A DNA stretch of 64,000 bases from Antedon mediterranea (Eukaryota; Animalia; Echinodermata), in NCBI RefSeq assembly GCF_964355755.1, contig NC_092670.1:1664201-1728200 (forward strand), given 5' to 3'. Both the position numbers and the translations under genes were made by a program. Below are positions 36,401 to 49,134 of the stretch, one piece after another. The notes under the pieces were generated by a model that saw nothing but the letters and a program-made list of their open reading frames with translations, made no database searches and had not been told where the DNA came from. Every line of letters begins with the position of its first letter. The stretch's first letter is position 1.

Positions 36401-37266
36401 TGTTCCAGCAAAGTTATATTTTGTTATCGTATAAGAGCGTTTGAGGACTCTCTCAGCATCTTTTCTGTACAACTTTAGTTGATAAAGACCTGTAAAATCA
36501 GCAGTAGGCTTGTTAAAATGATAGCCTAACAAAATGTTAAAACAAAAACTACACTTTTACTACATCATTATAATATGTGCACATGGCCGTAGCCAGCAGG
36601 CAGAAGAGGCCCTCACCTCGTCTGAAATTTTCAATTTTTAACACCCACCCGAATTTCCCAGAACAGATCGTCATATTTTATGTTAATAATTATATTTAAA
36701 GCATCTTTGCCTCGTCTGTTTTTAACCTCTCGCTACGGCCTGGTGCAGAACCCCGTTTAATAGTCGCTCATGGGTTGCGGTCACATTTATGCAGTAGCTT
36801 CCTAATTCATTTTAATTAGGCCTATGTTAATAAAAACAAAACAGAATTTGCGAATACCCGCGTGTTTAATTAATAATATATTATTAGAAAGAAGTAAAAT
36901 TGACATAAATACCTGATTCTAAATTCCCTTGAAATACTATCCATCTCTGTTGGAAAAATAAATTTAATGAATGGGGAAACTAAGTGATAAATGTAGTTAG
37001 GCCTACTATTAGTAATTAGTAGATAATAACACGAGAGCAAAAGGTGATGATTGTAATTAATGACAACTTATATTATCCTCTGTATACGATAAATTTAAGA
37101 ATTTCATTTTAAGAACAAACATCGCTACAACACGATTAATAAATATCAATCGTCTTACCTTTTTAATTTTCTTTTTCTCAATATCCATATGATGTAAATA
37201 ACCGGCTAGAAGTCTCTCCGAAGGGTCGTGGTCATAACTACCACTTGATGATGTAGGCAAGCCCAT
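30485..37266 (-). CDS. Divergent PH + IRS-type PTB adaptor (DOK/IRS-like)
   Basis: Phase-compatible exons: 37266-37159 (LLAGYLHH..KKKIKK), ~36946-36913 (RWIVFQG), ~36525-36235 (LYRKD..SEIDEWHNTF, PH-like), 33265-33104 (LSLHL..IRWEISRIYG..LGFHI, PTB-like), 31742-31560 (GYFEIKC) and 30697-30485 (Pro/Ser-rich tail with DVYNS and SIYLDV). A small exon may be missing. Confidence 0.6.
32437..32532. repeat. Short tandem array of ACAATCATGTG(AT) units
   Basis: About 7-8 copies of alternating 11- and 13-bp units containing TCATGTGA. Confidence 0.9.
34340..35923. repeat. 51-bp minisatellite, 31 near-identical copies, intronic
   Basis: Unit CTATTTATTCACAAGTATCATAATGTGATGATGAGCATCTGA(A/C)TATCCTGC; no spacers; essentially one variable site. 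Confidence 0.97.
36582..36742. mobile_element. Small TIR element (MITE)
   Basis: Ends CATGGCCGTAGC / GCTACGGCCTG, flanked by GTGCA on both sides. Confidence 0.45.
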
Positions 37267-39317
37267 ATTGACTTCAGCCCCTCGATCTATCTCATCCACA
37301 GTGATTGTTTAGTGATACGATAGGCAGAATTGAGAAGATTTATCAACCGCTCCTAGGTTTATTATTTTGAACTCTCGATATCAAAATCGAATCGGAAATG
37401 CAGGTAATACGTATAATAAGTCTCGCGCTTTGAGGTTATATTTTTTATCGGTCGTGCTTCAATGAATCGAGTTTGACCGATGACTGATCAAAGTGAATGT
37501 GGTGGCGAACTGAGAGATTCTTCTATCTCTCTCAAACTACTTATGTCTCCGTTTTCTACCCACGACAAAAGCAAAACAAGAATCCTGGTAATTACAAGGA
37601 TTCACAGGTGTTCGGCAATAATGGAAATAATAATAATAATAATAATGTTTTATGATTCATTCATAAAGCAGACAATTATAAAAGAACAGTTCTTTCGGAG
37701 ATCCTTGCTTGATAGGTTGACACGTCACTCTTTGGCGCGCACGCACGCGCAGTAACACAGTCGCAGAATGACTTTTTGACTCGACAGCTACGAGTGGCAC
37801 GAGCGAAAAGCTCCTGTTGTGCGGCGCTGCAAGAAAGTGTTGGGTCATCGGCGGTCGCTTTCTGATCTTTAGTCTGGTTATTCGGGTTAGTGACAATTGT
37901 CTTAACGATCGTCTAAATAACACGCGTTATTGTCAAAGGATATTTTTAAAGTCCCCTGAGAAATTCCGGTTTCGCACCGACCAAGCGCACGCCGCATAGG
38001 TACGAATTGTAATCGCCATTACACAAGCGTGTATTATTATACGTAGGTATGTATACTCTCGTTGGTGTTACTGTAGGCCTACTTTAATGGTTCCGTTTCG
38101 CTGTAGTTTCTTAGAACAGGTCATTATGAGAGCACGTTTTTGTGGAGGTTTTTTGTCGTTTCTGTCTCTTTCCATGAAAATCGAAAAATGCAATAATGGG
38201 AATTTACATCAGAACATTTACAACCACTTACGGCGATATAGCATACAACCACTTACGGCGATATAGCATACATGATTAATCAATTTAGAATTTTTTTTTT
38301 CATAGAGGATTTGTTTTTTCTATCTTCAATTAGCATGTCGGATTATCTTTTCTGTATTTACTTAGGATATGAATATTGCGTTTTGAGGAATTTGACCACA
38401 ACTAAATACACGCAATCAGTTCCTCAATCAATTAGTAATCAATGTTAGTAATATCACATTATAATAATATTTCTGAACATGAATGGCTCATAAATCAGGG
38501 TTATAAAGTCAACAAAATATTAACCGCGTTCGTTGACCCGGACATATTTAATTTGCAAACGATGTGTTGTTCTTTTATATACCAAGAAATGAATGATACG
38601 TAATTATCTACTCGGAAAATCAATTTTCCTTGTCTATTACTATAGGTTTTATGCATACAGATATAAACTGTGACGTCACTAAGCTTCATTCGTAAGGTAA
38701 AAATAGTGAAATGAAATACATTTAGATAAAGAGGGCGGTCGATAACAGTATATTATTAGAAGGTAATGGTACATTAAAATGATATTGTACTTTACTAAAA
38801 TATCACGTGTAATCCATTCTGTGGCGAATTCCTTGAAATTGGATAAGATCTATTATCAGAATAGAATAACGCCAATCAAAGGCAAATCAAGACAGTTGCT
38901 AGTGTTTTTCATATTTTATTCAGCTTTTACAAACAATGATGATAAAAATTATTTTATAGAGAAAAATATACACATATAAATTACATAATACATATTTAAT
39001 CTGTAGGCCTATACTATCGCTGAATAAACCCTGAATTCATAAGGAAAAATGTATAAAATATTTATTTTATTTCACCTTAATTGACCACTACAAAACATAT
39101 CCGACTCTCCACCAGCAGCCAACAAAATAATAGATGACATTTTTTGGTATTAACTGGAATGTTCAACGCAATACAAATATATAATACAGTAACCAACAGT
39201 AGTTGTTTCAGTTATGTTTGTAGGCCTATGTACGTGAAACGGGACGTGAAACCATTATTTAATATCTTAGTTGGGCTAGCTATTGCTTCTCCCTCCTAAA
39301 TATATTTATATAAAACG

Positions 39318-42072
39318 TTACAATGACCAGATAACTATCTTATCACTACTTGTAGAAACAATGAGTTGATGGTCGCGTGTAAGCGCCAGGCCGTACGGAA
39401 TGCCATGGTTCGCCATGTCTAATTTAGCGATGAATGTTCCATCAGATCGATACGCTTTTACCGAGTTGTCCGCGGCATCTGCGGCAACGATGATACCACT
39501 TGCCTGGTCTACAGACACATGCCTAGCCCCAGTTAACCTTCCTTCACCCACAGTTGATCCGGATAGAGCTCCTCTGAACTGCCCTGCCGTTGAAAAAACT
39601 AAAATACAACTCTCATTTCGATCTGCAACGTACAAAATCTCGCCATAAACCGCAATTCCAAAGGGACGAATCAACTGGTCACTAGTACTAATCGCACGTG
39701 GACCAATGTTGTGTAATAACTCGCCATTTCTTTGGAAGATCAACACATTGTCATGTAAGCCACAAACATAAATTCGATCCAAATGATCGCATGTAATGCC
39801 ACGATTGACGCGCATTCGTCCTATATACCGTTCACGTTTAGCGTTCTGACATTCAAGACCAAAACAGTCTAAAATCTGGCCTTCATTTGTATATATACTT
39901 ATATACTTTGAGCCATCAACTATGATAATCTCATCTTTGTGATTGACACAAACCCCTTGTGGGTTCCAAAGTTTACCCTTCTCTGTACCGTTACCGCCAA
40001 AACACTTTGAAGTCGGATTTCTTGGAGAAAACAAGTACCCACAATGCTTATCGAATGATATGACAACTACTGTGCCATCCTTGGTAATTGCAACGCCAGA
40101 CGGTCGTAGAATTTTAAACTCAGATTTTGGCGTCATATTTTGAATATTCAAATGTGTTGTTATAACTGTATTTGAAATTGGACAATTTGTCTGATTGGTT
40201 AGAATTTGTTCAACTTCCTGGAAAGCGGTGACGCTTTGAGAAGGTACAGTGTGCAGCCTACCAATATTATTCAGAATTACCTCAATGTTTGGTAGTTGGA
40301 AAGTAGGTTGCAGGAGTAGTTCGTCTGCTGTTAGACTGTGCAGTTTTTTTAGACAGTTTTTCGAGGTTTCCATTACTTTGCGAGCTTCATTCACATCCAT
40401 ATACATCAGGTTGTTCTTTGTTCCACTGCAAAACTCTTCAATCCTTCTGACAGACCTTCTTCGTATTTCCTGTGCTTTGGCAAATTCATCTAATGAATCT
40501 ACAAAAAGAAAAAAACTGAAGAAATTACTGAAGAAATAATTTGAAGAAGAGTGTTCACAGTGAAAAATTAACACTAGAAAATTCGGAATGCCGCTTGTCG
40601 AGTTTGTAAACACTAAGTTTGTTCACCGTGAAGAATTAACACTAGAAAATTCGGAATGCCGCTTGTCGAGTTTGTAAACACTAAGTTTGTTCACAGTGAA
40701 GAATTAACACTAGAAAATTCGGAATGCCGCTTGTCGAGTTTGTAAACACTAAGTTTGTTCACAGTGAAGAATTAACACTAGAAAATTCGGAATGCCGCTT
40801 GTCGAGTTTGTAAACACTAAGTTTGTTCACAGTGAAGAATTAACACTAGAAAATTCGGAATGCCGCTTGTCGAGTTTGTAAACACTAAGTTTGTTCACAG
40901 TGAAGAATTAACACTAGAAAATTCGGAATGCCGCTTGTCGAGTTTGTAAACACTAAGTTTGTTCACAGTGAAGAATTAACACTAGAAAATTCGGAATGCC
41001 GCTTGTCGAGTTTGTAAACACTAAGTTTGTTCACAGTGAAGAATTAACACTAGAAAATTCGGAATGCCGCTTGTCGAGTTTGTAAACACTAAGTTTGTTC
41101 ACAGTGAAGAATTAACACTAGAAAATTCGGAATGCCGCTTGTCGAGTTTGTAAACACTAAGTTTGTTCACAGTGAAGAATTAACACTAGAAAATTCGGAA
41201 TGCCGCTTGTCGAGTTTGTAAACACTAAGTTTGTTCACAGTGAAGAATTAACACTAGAAAATTCGGAATGCCGCTTGTCGAGTTTGTAAACACAAAGTTT
41301 GCAAGTGTTGACAATGCAGCCTAGTCCACACTAGCAAACTTGTAATGTTAAAAGTGGACAAATGTGGACCCAACATCGGCAAACAAACAAAAATAATTTC
41401 TTGCAAAAGTTAGTCATTCACGATCTTGACCAACTAGTTCGCCAAGGATTGTCGACTTAGGAAATCAATAAATGTCTGTGATTCTGCTGCAGATAGACAA
41501 CATTGTGGGAGACTTGGATTTTACAAAAAAAAAGTTCGCTAGACGAAACATCATGAACTTGAGTACTCACCAAGACATTCCTGATGCCTATTTTTCACAA
41601 TATCCAGTGCCATATGAAACGCACTATTAATCTGACCCCGTGTAGGCTCACACGTGACATCCATATTACTACTTAGATGAGTTACTTGTAACAGTTCTTC
41701 AATCTTAGAAATTGTCCCTAGTGCTTTATCTTTGATCACAGCATTCACTGTCTTCTGAAAAGATGCGTCCATGGGCATTTGTCGTCTGACTTCCATCGAC
41801 GCATTTTCTGACGTCATCAACCTGAGAATTGTAATGTTGTTTGGAAATCCTTGCTTCGGTAGTTCGTAGTCTTCTCGGCACTCTGGGCATGTAACTCTGT
41901 GACGGTTATGGGATCGTGAGCTAGGAACGCTAGGTCCGATGTCACGGAGACGTTCAACACAGGCTAAACAAAGCGAATGTTGGCACGGTAACATCTTCGG
42001 TAAACGGTTCTTTTGGTTGAAGTTTTCAAAACAAATCATACATTCTAATACGCCATTATCTATACCCGCCAT
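39318..42072 (-). CDS. RING - coiled coil - NHL-repeat E3 ubiquitin ligase (TRIM-NHL-like, no evident B-box)
   Basis: Exon 42072-41571 has a C3HC4 RING (CMIC..LPCQHSLCLAC..VTCPECR). It joins by a phase-1 splice to exon 40498-39318, which carries NHL repeats (RPSGVAI, NPQGVCVN, RPFGIAV, ARHVSVD, PYGLAL). Confidence 0.85.
40553..41300. repeat. 68-bp minisatellite, 11 near-identical copies, in the RING-NHL intron
   Basis: Unit GTTCACAGTGAAGAATTAACACTAGAAAATTCGGAATGCCGCTTGTCGAGTTTGTAAACACTAAGTTT; no spacers. Confidence 0.97.
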
Positions 42073-45000
42073 TTTGTACTAGCTGTAAAAAAAATATTCA
42101 TATTAAAGAAATAATCTTATTAAGATTCTGCTACAAAATATTGACACGTTTTTGACGAATGACATGACATTGAAACTGTGTTATGTATCCGATAAGTTTA
42201 TGATCAATACACGGCATAATTTAGTTACACTGTTATCAAAATATGCTGGTTTTACACAGTTTCATTTCAGGTATAAATAACACAATAGATCAGTCGATTT
42301 ACAAGCTCATTAAACAACATTCGTTTTAATCTAGTCACGCGACACATATTGACGCGCGCGTGAATGATACATAATGTGCCGATTATGAATCTTGCGACTG
42401 TCAACATAGTTTCCAGTGATTTCTAACATGAAACAAGCATAAAAACATTCGAGGACTTTACGGTACTCTTCAGTAAGCCATTTTTTAAAAGTATTGGTAT
42501 TTACCAAGTGGTTTAAGTTTGGCTGAATCTCTTCGTGGTGGGTTCTCTCTGAATTGGCCTATAATAACCGAGCGTCGGTGTAGGTGGACTCATAACAGTC
42601 TTCCTCACTGAGCGAGCGGTCTCCGCAAACCTTCCCTCATTTCAACAACCAACCAGCATATTTTAAAGATCTACCGATCTGAAATAATACTTATAATTCA
42701 TCTAATAAAGGTGTTATTATTATCATTTCCTGTTATATTTGTTTAAATCAATAGTTTCTATGAATGTTTGACCATAAGAACGGGAAAAGAATTTTCTTTG
42801 AATAATGTGATGTATTTATCAGATTTCCTTTGCTGTGTATAACAGTAAGCAGACAAATGTGGTCTATTTTAGGCATCATTCTTAGAATGAGCTATTATAG
42901 ACCTACCTACCTCAGCACCAATTCGTTGGCGCAGTCTCAAATGAATGTTAGGGTTTGGAAGCACTGCATTCATTCAAAAAAAAAAATTCTTATTTTCATT
43001 TGCTTGATTTTAAATAAAGATTATACCGTATTAAATTAAAGGACACACAGACGTGTTAACTGATTTTTTTTATATTTCTTATTGTACGGTAATTATAGGT
43101 AATCTCGACAGAAAGTATTCACACATAGAATTATTGTCAAACCTTATCTCAATTTTCATACATGTAATATACCGGTACCCAATACACAGTATTAATTCGA
43201 ATAAACGCTTCGGGGGTTTATTGTTCCGAGGGGTTTTTAGGGGGAGGGTGTGTTCATTCGAGGAGGCGTGTGAATCTTAAACACGATCAACATTTTCTTA
43301 GAGAACAGAATTCTGTATATAGAGTAATATGATTGTATATTATTACAGTATTATGCTATTGTTTCGAAACTAGCTTGTCACTAGATCGGTTCTATTATTA
43401 ATCATTGCGAACCCGAAACTATTCTAATTCTCTTTCAACCTTGCGAATTTACACAATCACGAATTTTATAATTCAAAAAAATATAAATTATATTAAACTT
43501 ACCCATAGATAATTTGTAGTGTCTGCAATAATACATGCTTAGACCACCATGTTACAACAACAAACCAACAAGCAACAGGATGCCAGCCATTCATGTCCAA
43601 TACTATACCCGCTTCCAGTTAACTTTCTCAACAGCTTTACCAATCTAGGGATTATCTTACAAACTCCTTTTAATATATTGATTATAAGGTATTAGATACC
43701 ACGTCTGAGAAGCACGAGTGACGATCGTCCCTAAATTTAGGACCTTGAATTTGAAAAGCTTGCTCAATTGTTCCTGTTTAACAAAATGATTATTTCCGTT
43801 TCGTTTTTCACAACACTAAATCGAAACCTATATGTCCATTTCGTCAGCAGACATAATAGATAAATGTGATCTATTCCAATACAGTTTTAATTAGTAAGAA
43901 ATGGTAATTTATAGAAGTTCGTTGCTTTTCGGAATACTTACAGTGTGTAGGTCTATTCACACGTAGGCCTACATGGTTATTTCGATTAACAATTTATCTG
44001 CTGTAGGCTAGTACCGGAATATATAATCTAAATGCGGAATATTAAAACAAATATGTTTTTGTTTTAATTACTAAGGAAATAGTAATTTGTTTAGTTTGTT
44101 TCTGTTCGGAAATGCGTAAGGTATGTAGGCCTACTTAAACTTACGTAACGTGTTAGTGTGGTTAAAGCTTGGTTCCCACTAAGACGCATTGTATTTGAGT
44201 TGACCAATCACAGGCCACAGTTCGAATGATCCATCGCGTCGTGATTAGTAAAATTACTTGTGGCGCGCTCAACGTCCTTGTGGCGCGCTCATTGTCCGTG
44301 CGGCGCACTCATTATCCGTGTGCGGCGCGCTCAACGTCCTTGCGCGGCTCGCTTAACATCAATTTGTGTTGCTACTGTGAACCGCCAAGTTTAACCGCGT
44401 CTTGCAGTAACATACCGAAACATAAAAGCAACATGCGTAATATTAAAACAAATGTGTTCATGTTAGAAAATAATACTTGGTTTCCGTTAGTCTTTCGGAC
44501 GTATTACTGATTTCCGTTAAATGTATTCGTAACTGTTATTTTGATTCTCTCTCTGTAGGTGCGTCCCAAAATTGATTCATTCTGATTTATATATACATAT
44601 GGTTTATCATGGAGGTCAACAATTAAATATAATAATTTTATATAAAGTTTTATTATTCTACTCAAGTGATACGTAGAGTCGGACTGCAGTAATAAAAATT
44701 AGCGCAACGTCGATGGTTTATATAACTTGTAAAACGGTTGCTATTGTTACGGTGATTTAAGATCGATTTTTCGGTTTGACGTCATCGATACCTCGTATAC
44801 GTAATCATAACATTAGACGTAAATTTATCGTCGCGATCACGAAACCGGAATGAAAATAACAATAATAGTTAAAACATAAATGCTATACAAAAACATTTGA
44901 ATGATTTTGTTTTTATTCTAAAATGTATACATTTCAAGGTTCAACCATCTTCCTATAAAAACCACTGGGATTGCAAGGCAAGTAGCATGACAACTGCCTA

Positions 45001-45432
45001 GCAACTTCCTGGTTATATCACACTACAGGGTTGGGGGATGATCCCCAGTCACTTTTTGATGGTAAACACATACAATCTGCAGCAACTTTTGCACTGTCAG
45101 AAACCCTGTTTTTGTTTTTTTTATAATTTGTTTGGCTCGAGTGCCTAGTGTCCCCTCACTTCACCACAACAACCCCCCCCCCCCCCCCCGCCCCCATCCT
45201 TGTCTGTTTCAATCACTCATCGATTTATGAAAAAGATATAAAACATTTCAAATTGTAAATCTTATAAATTTGTACAATTCCAACCATTACCCTTCTCAAC
45301 AGCTTCCAGTTTCATATCGATATTAACATTGTTCACAAGCTATGAAACTAATGTTACCACGACAACCAAGAGTAAATGAAGCATGACCACACAATCCAAT
45401 CAAATCATTCCCTTTTCAAGTAATGAATTTCA

Positions 45433-48400
45433 TCACGAAAAGTTCACTTCGTTTGTTGGGCAACGGTTTGCAAAATGACCTCTTCCATTACACTAAAAAA
45501 AACACAAAATGACCTCTTCCATTACACTAAAAAAACCCACAAAAATGTAATTACTACGTTAATTTTGATTGTTTTATTGTTTGTTATTTTGTGTTTTAGT
45601 TGGCGGTAAAATGGAGGAGCAAACTTAAAGCCTTGGCTTAATGCGTCCTCCTTACACACTTTATATTTACTAATGTATGTTCTGTATATTGTACTGTATT
45701 GTAATGTATTGTACTGTATTGTACTGTATTGTACTGTACTGTACTGTACTGTACTGTACTGTATTGTACTGTATTGTACTGTATTGTACTGTACTGTATT
45801 GTACTGTATTGTACTGTACTGTACTGTACTGTATTGTACTGTATTGTACTGTATTGTACTGTATTGTATTGTACTGTATTGTACTGTATTGTACTGTACT
45901 GTATTGTGTGAAACAATAAACTTGAAATAGAATAAAAGAACATGGTATCATAACAACAATTTGGTGGTAGGATGGGCTAAGTTAAAAATAAGCATAATGA
46001 CTCATTTAAACTTACCTTAAAGCATATAATATGATCTAGATTAGAAGTCCTCTTGCCCATACCCATCCTGCCAGCTTGGTAGTTTGTGTGACCTCCACCA
46101 GTATTGTCATCATCAAAATTTCCCACATTCTGTAAAAACAAAATATTTATGAAAAAAAAAATATCTACAATAACAATCTAACAAAATTTCAGATTTATTG
46201 TGTCAAAGGTCATTGGCAAAGACAGGCGAGACCTTTGAAGTCAACTTCATGCTTTGTCAAAGGTCATGGGGACATTCATCCCTCGCTAATTCTTGACACA
46301 ATATTCACATTTTGTAACAAATTGAAAGCTCACTACTTCTAGTTTGCCAGTTAACATTGTTTCAAAGGTCATGGAAGAACACTATCAACATTGATTGACC
46401 TAGGAGCTAGTTATATCATTCAATTTATTTAAGTCTTAGGTTGTCCCTACTTCTAGTTTGCCAGTTGACATTGTGTCAAAGGTCATGGCACAACATGGAT
46501 ATCACTAACCTTTGTTGGACAACTTTGTGCTTTGTGTCCTTTCTCTCCACAATTGTGACATGTAATTCGGAGCATGTTTTCTTTCTGCGTCTCAGTCATC
46601 ATCGGTATTTCCCAACTCGGACTTAAAAAGTGAAAACAAAAACCGTGTATGAGCATAAACATAAAGTGTTCATGATTGGCTGTTTCATGTCGCCATTATT
46701 TGCACGGTATCCCTGACAACATGTTGTCCAAAAAACACCTCAATTTCAGAAGAAAAAATACAAGGTATACATTGAAAAAATAGTGAAAGTTTTGAGTGAG
46801 ATGAGATATAGGATAAACTGATTGATCACTTACTGTACAAATTTACAGTTTGGTCCATCAAGGCAAAAACCATTGAGGAAATTTTGACATAAAACTCTTC
46901 GTACATGTCTATTTTTACAATCAGGGCCTAGGGAAAAAAAATTCACATTTTTATTAAGTATTAGGAGACAATGTAGTTTTAAATAACGTGATATCAAAGG
47001 CATGTTATTGTTATTTTCATTACTTATCATTATAAAATTGAAAAGGCAGTATGTCAGTGTATCAGTCAAAACTTGTATTTACCAGACAATTTACAGTATA
47101 AGATAAGATAAGATAAGATAACTTTTATTGATCCTCAAAAAGGAAATTCATTGCTCGTCATAAAACAAAGAAAACACTATAAAAACAAATATAGCATAAA
47201 ACCATTCATATCTCTTAGGACACAGTACCTTGGTTAATTGATTTATTACAAAAATGAACTAAATATAGACTAAATAAACTAGATGTGGTGTGCAAATTCA
47301 CAACCCCCCCCCCCCCCCCACCAACCAACCAACAAACCAAAAAAAAATGTAAATAGATACGCATAACAAGTTCAGACTACCAATTCATTTTGAGGTATTG
47401 TTAGCACAAATCTTTCAAAATAAAAATATTACTTTTGATAAATTTATAAATAAACAAAATATAAGTTAGTTTACCATGTTTACAGAATCCTCTATCATAC
47501 CAGGGGCAATCCTTCATCTTGGATGCAGGATCAATGTGTAAGAATGGACATTCCTTATTACTACACATACCTGCAATGAAATAAAAACATACGAATAAAA
47601 TATGTATGCATTTGTGATATTGTTTTAAGGCAGTTTATATATATTTTCTTGCATTTAATTTTAAAATAATGCCCTACATAAGCCTGAATTATTATTCTTT
47701 TTAGTGTTTTTTTTACTTTGTTATTGAAGTGAATATAGTAAAGTTATTCATTTTCAACTTTCATTTTCAACAAAATACAGATAATCCATATAATAAGTTT
47801 CCCCTGCTAAACACTAAACACAGGCCTTGCATAGCAGGTGTTCACAGTCCTACCACTTCAAGCATGGGCCTAATTTATAGGTCCACGCTTTAAGTATGCT
47901 GTGTGTACAGTATATTGGTTTGACTGTGTATGTGAGCTATAAATGGCGTACACCGAACAGCAATGTTACTTGTGTGTTAGGTGATTGATTGCACTCGCAT
48001 CCCTCAGAGCACGGGAGGCCTGGAAACGTAAAAACGCCCTCTGTCGAAGACATGTGTTACATTGCAAACCTACCAAATTTTGTAAAGAAATAACACTCAG
48101 GCATTTTGGTCATATCAAATTGATGTAAGAATTCACAATCATCGCCCTTCTTGCAGAGTCCTCGCAGCCAATGTTTGCACACGACCTCCTTGTCACCTCT
48201 GACATGACGAAATGGACACATTTGACCTTTGACACAATTAAACTTGAAAAAACGACAGACAGCAGAACAAGATTCTAGTGAAAACAAATGTTAACAAAAT
48301 AATGTGTAATAATTGTATTATTTCTTGGTTTTCATGATGGTACAGTAGACTAGTAGTGTAGTAGTAGGTAGGCCTTAGTGGAAACAAGTTGAACAAGATA

Positions 48401-48973
48401 TCTAGCTAGGCTATCTAGTAGCTATGTGTAGTGTGTCGCATCATATCCATATTTATAATGATATAAATTGTATAGATTTCACCAAACCAAATCGTTTTCA
48501 TATACTTCATTCAAACTACAGTATGCTAAAATATAGGCCTTATCATAGAGATCACTATAAGTATAATATCTCTATGGCCTTACACAGCACTTATAAAATT
48601 TATTAACAAACAAAAATATGAAAGGAAATTAATAAAATTTATTCATATAATAACGTTTATTTTTTATATCATCTTAAAATACAGAGGTCCTAATGCTTGT
48701 CAATATAGTAGATACGCTTTTTTATCCTTAAGGCTTACATTCCAGTTTTTCTAGCATGTGAATTTTAGGGCGAATCGACCACACTCGTACCGGCCGCCGG
48801 GGAATATCAACTGTTGTCATACACACGTTATTAAACGAAAAGAAAACTGATGTATAATAAATTTACTTACTGTCCATGCCCGGAAAAGGAAGGGGCTGAG
48901 ACCCTATTTGTTGTTCGATCGCAATCTCAAGATCAAACTTAAGGTCTTCTACAGCAGCTACAATTTGTTGCAT
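45433..48973 (-). CDS. CPSF4: Cleavage and polyadenylation specificity factor subunit 4 (CPSF30)
   Basis: Exon 48973-48871 (MQQIVAAVEDLKFDLE..PLPFPGMD); CCCH fingers (VCKHWLRGLCKKGDDCEFLH, ECPFLH, CPWYDRGFCKHG, CQNFLNGFCLDGPNCK); knuckle exon ~46620-46509 (CHNCGEKGHKAQSC); ~46130-46016 (..IICFK); last exon 45492-45433 (CNGRGHFANRCP). Confidence 0.95.
45686..45907. repeat. Pentanucleotide microsatellite (CTGTA/TTGTA)n in the last CPSF4 intron
   Basis: Seen directly; explains the low-complexity YSTVQ and VLYCT ORFs. Confidence 0.95.
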
Positions 48974-49134
48974 CTTTCTAACTTGTATTTTATCACAATA
49001 TAAAAAATAAATCTAAGCTTCGAGGCCTAGACTACTAACGAGATTCTGGCGACCATGTTTTTTTAATGGGTTTACCCCCCTCAACGTTCTACTTTATTAT
49101 ACAGACTGTCCACACGGTTGCCGTGCAAATAGCA

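Noticed and set aside
40553-41300. CRISPR-like array, or coding extension of the NHL ORF (ORF track starts at 40613)
   Set aside because: The units are contiguous and identical with no spacers. The real exon starts at the acceptor at 40498, so the ORF extension is intronic read-through.
45638-45951. YSTVQ and VLYCT repeat ORFs
   Set aside because: They are translations of a pentanucleotide microsatellite.
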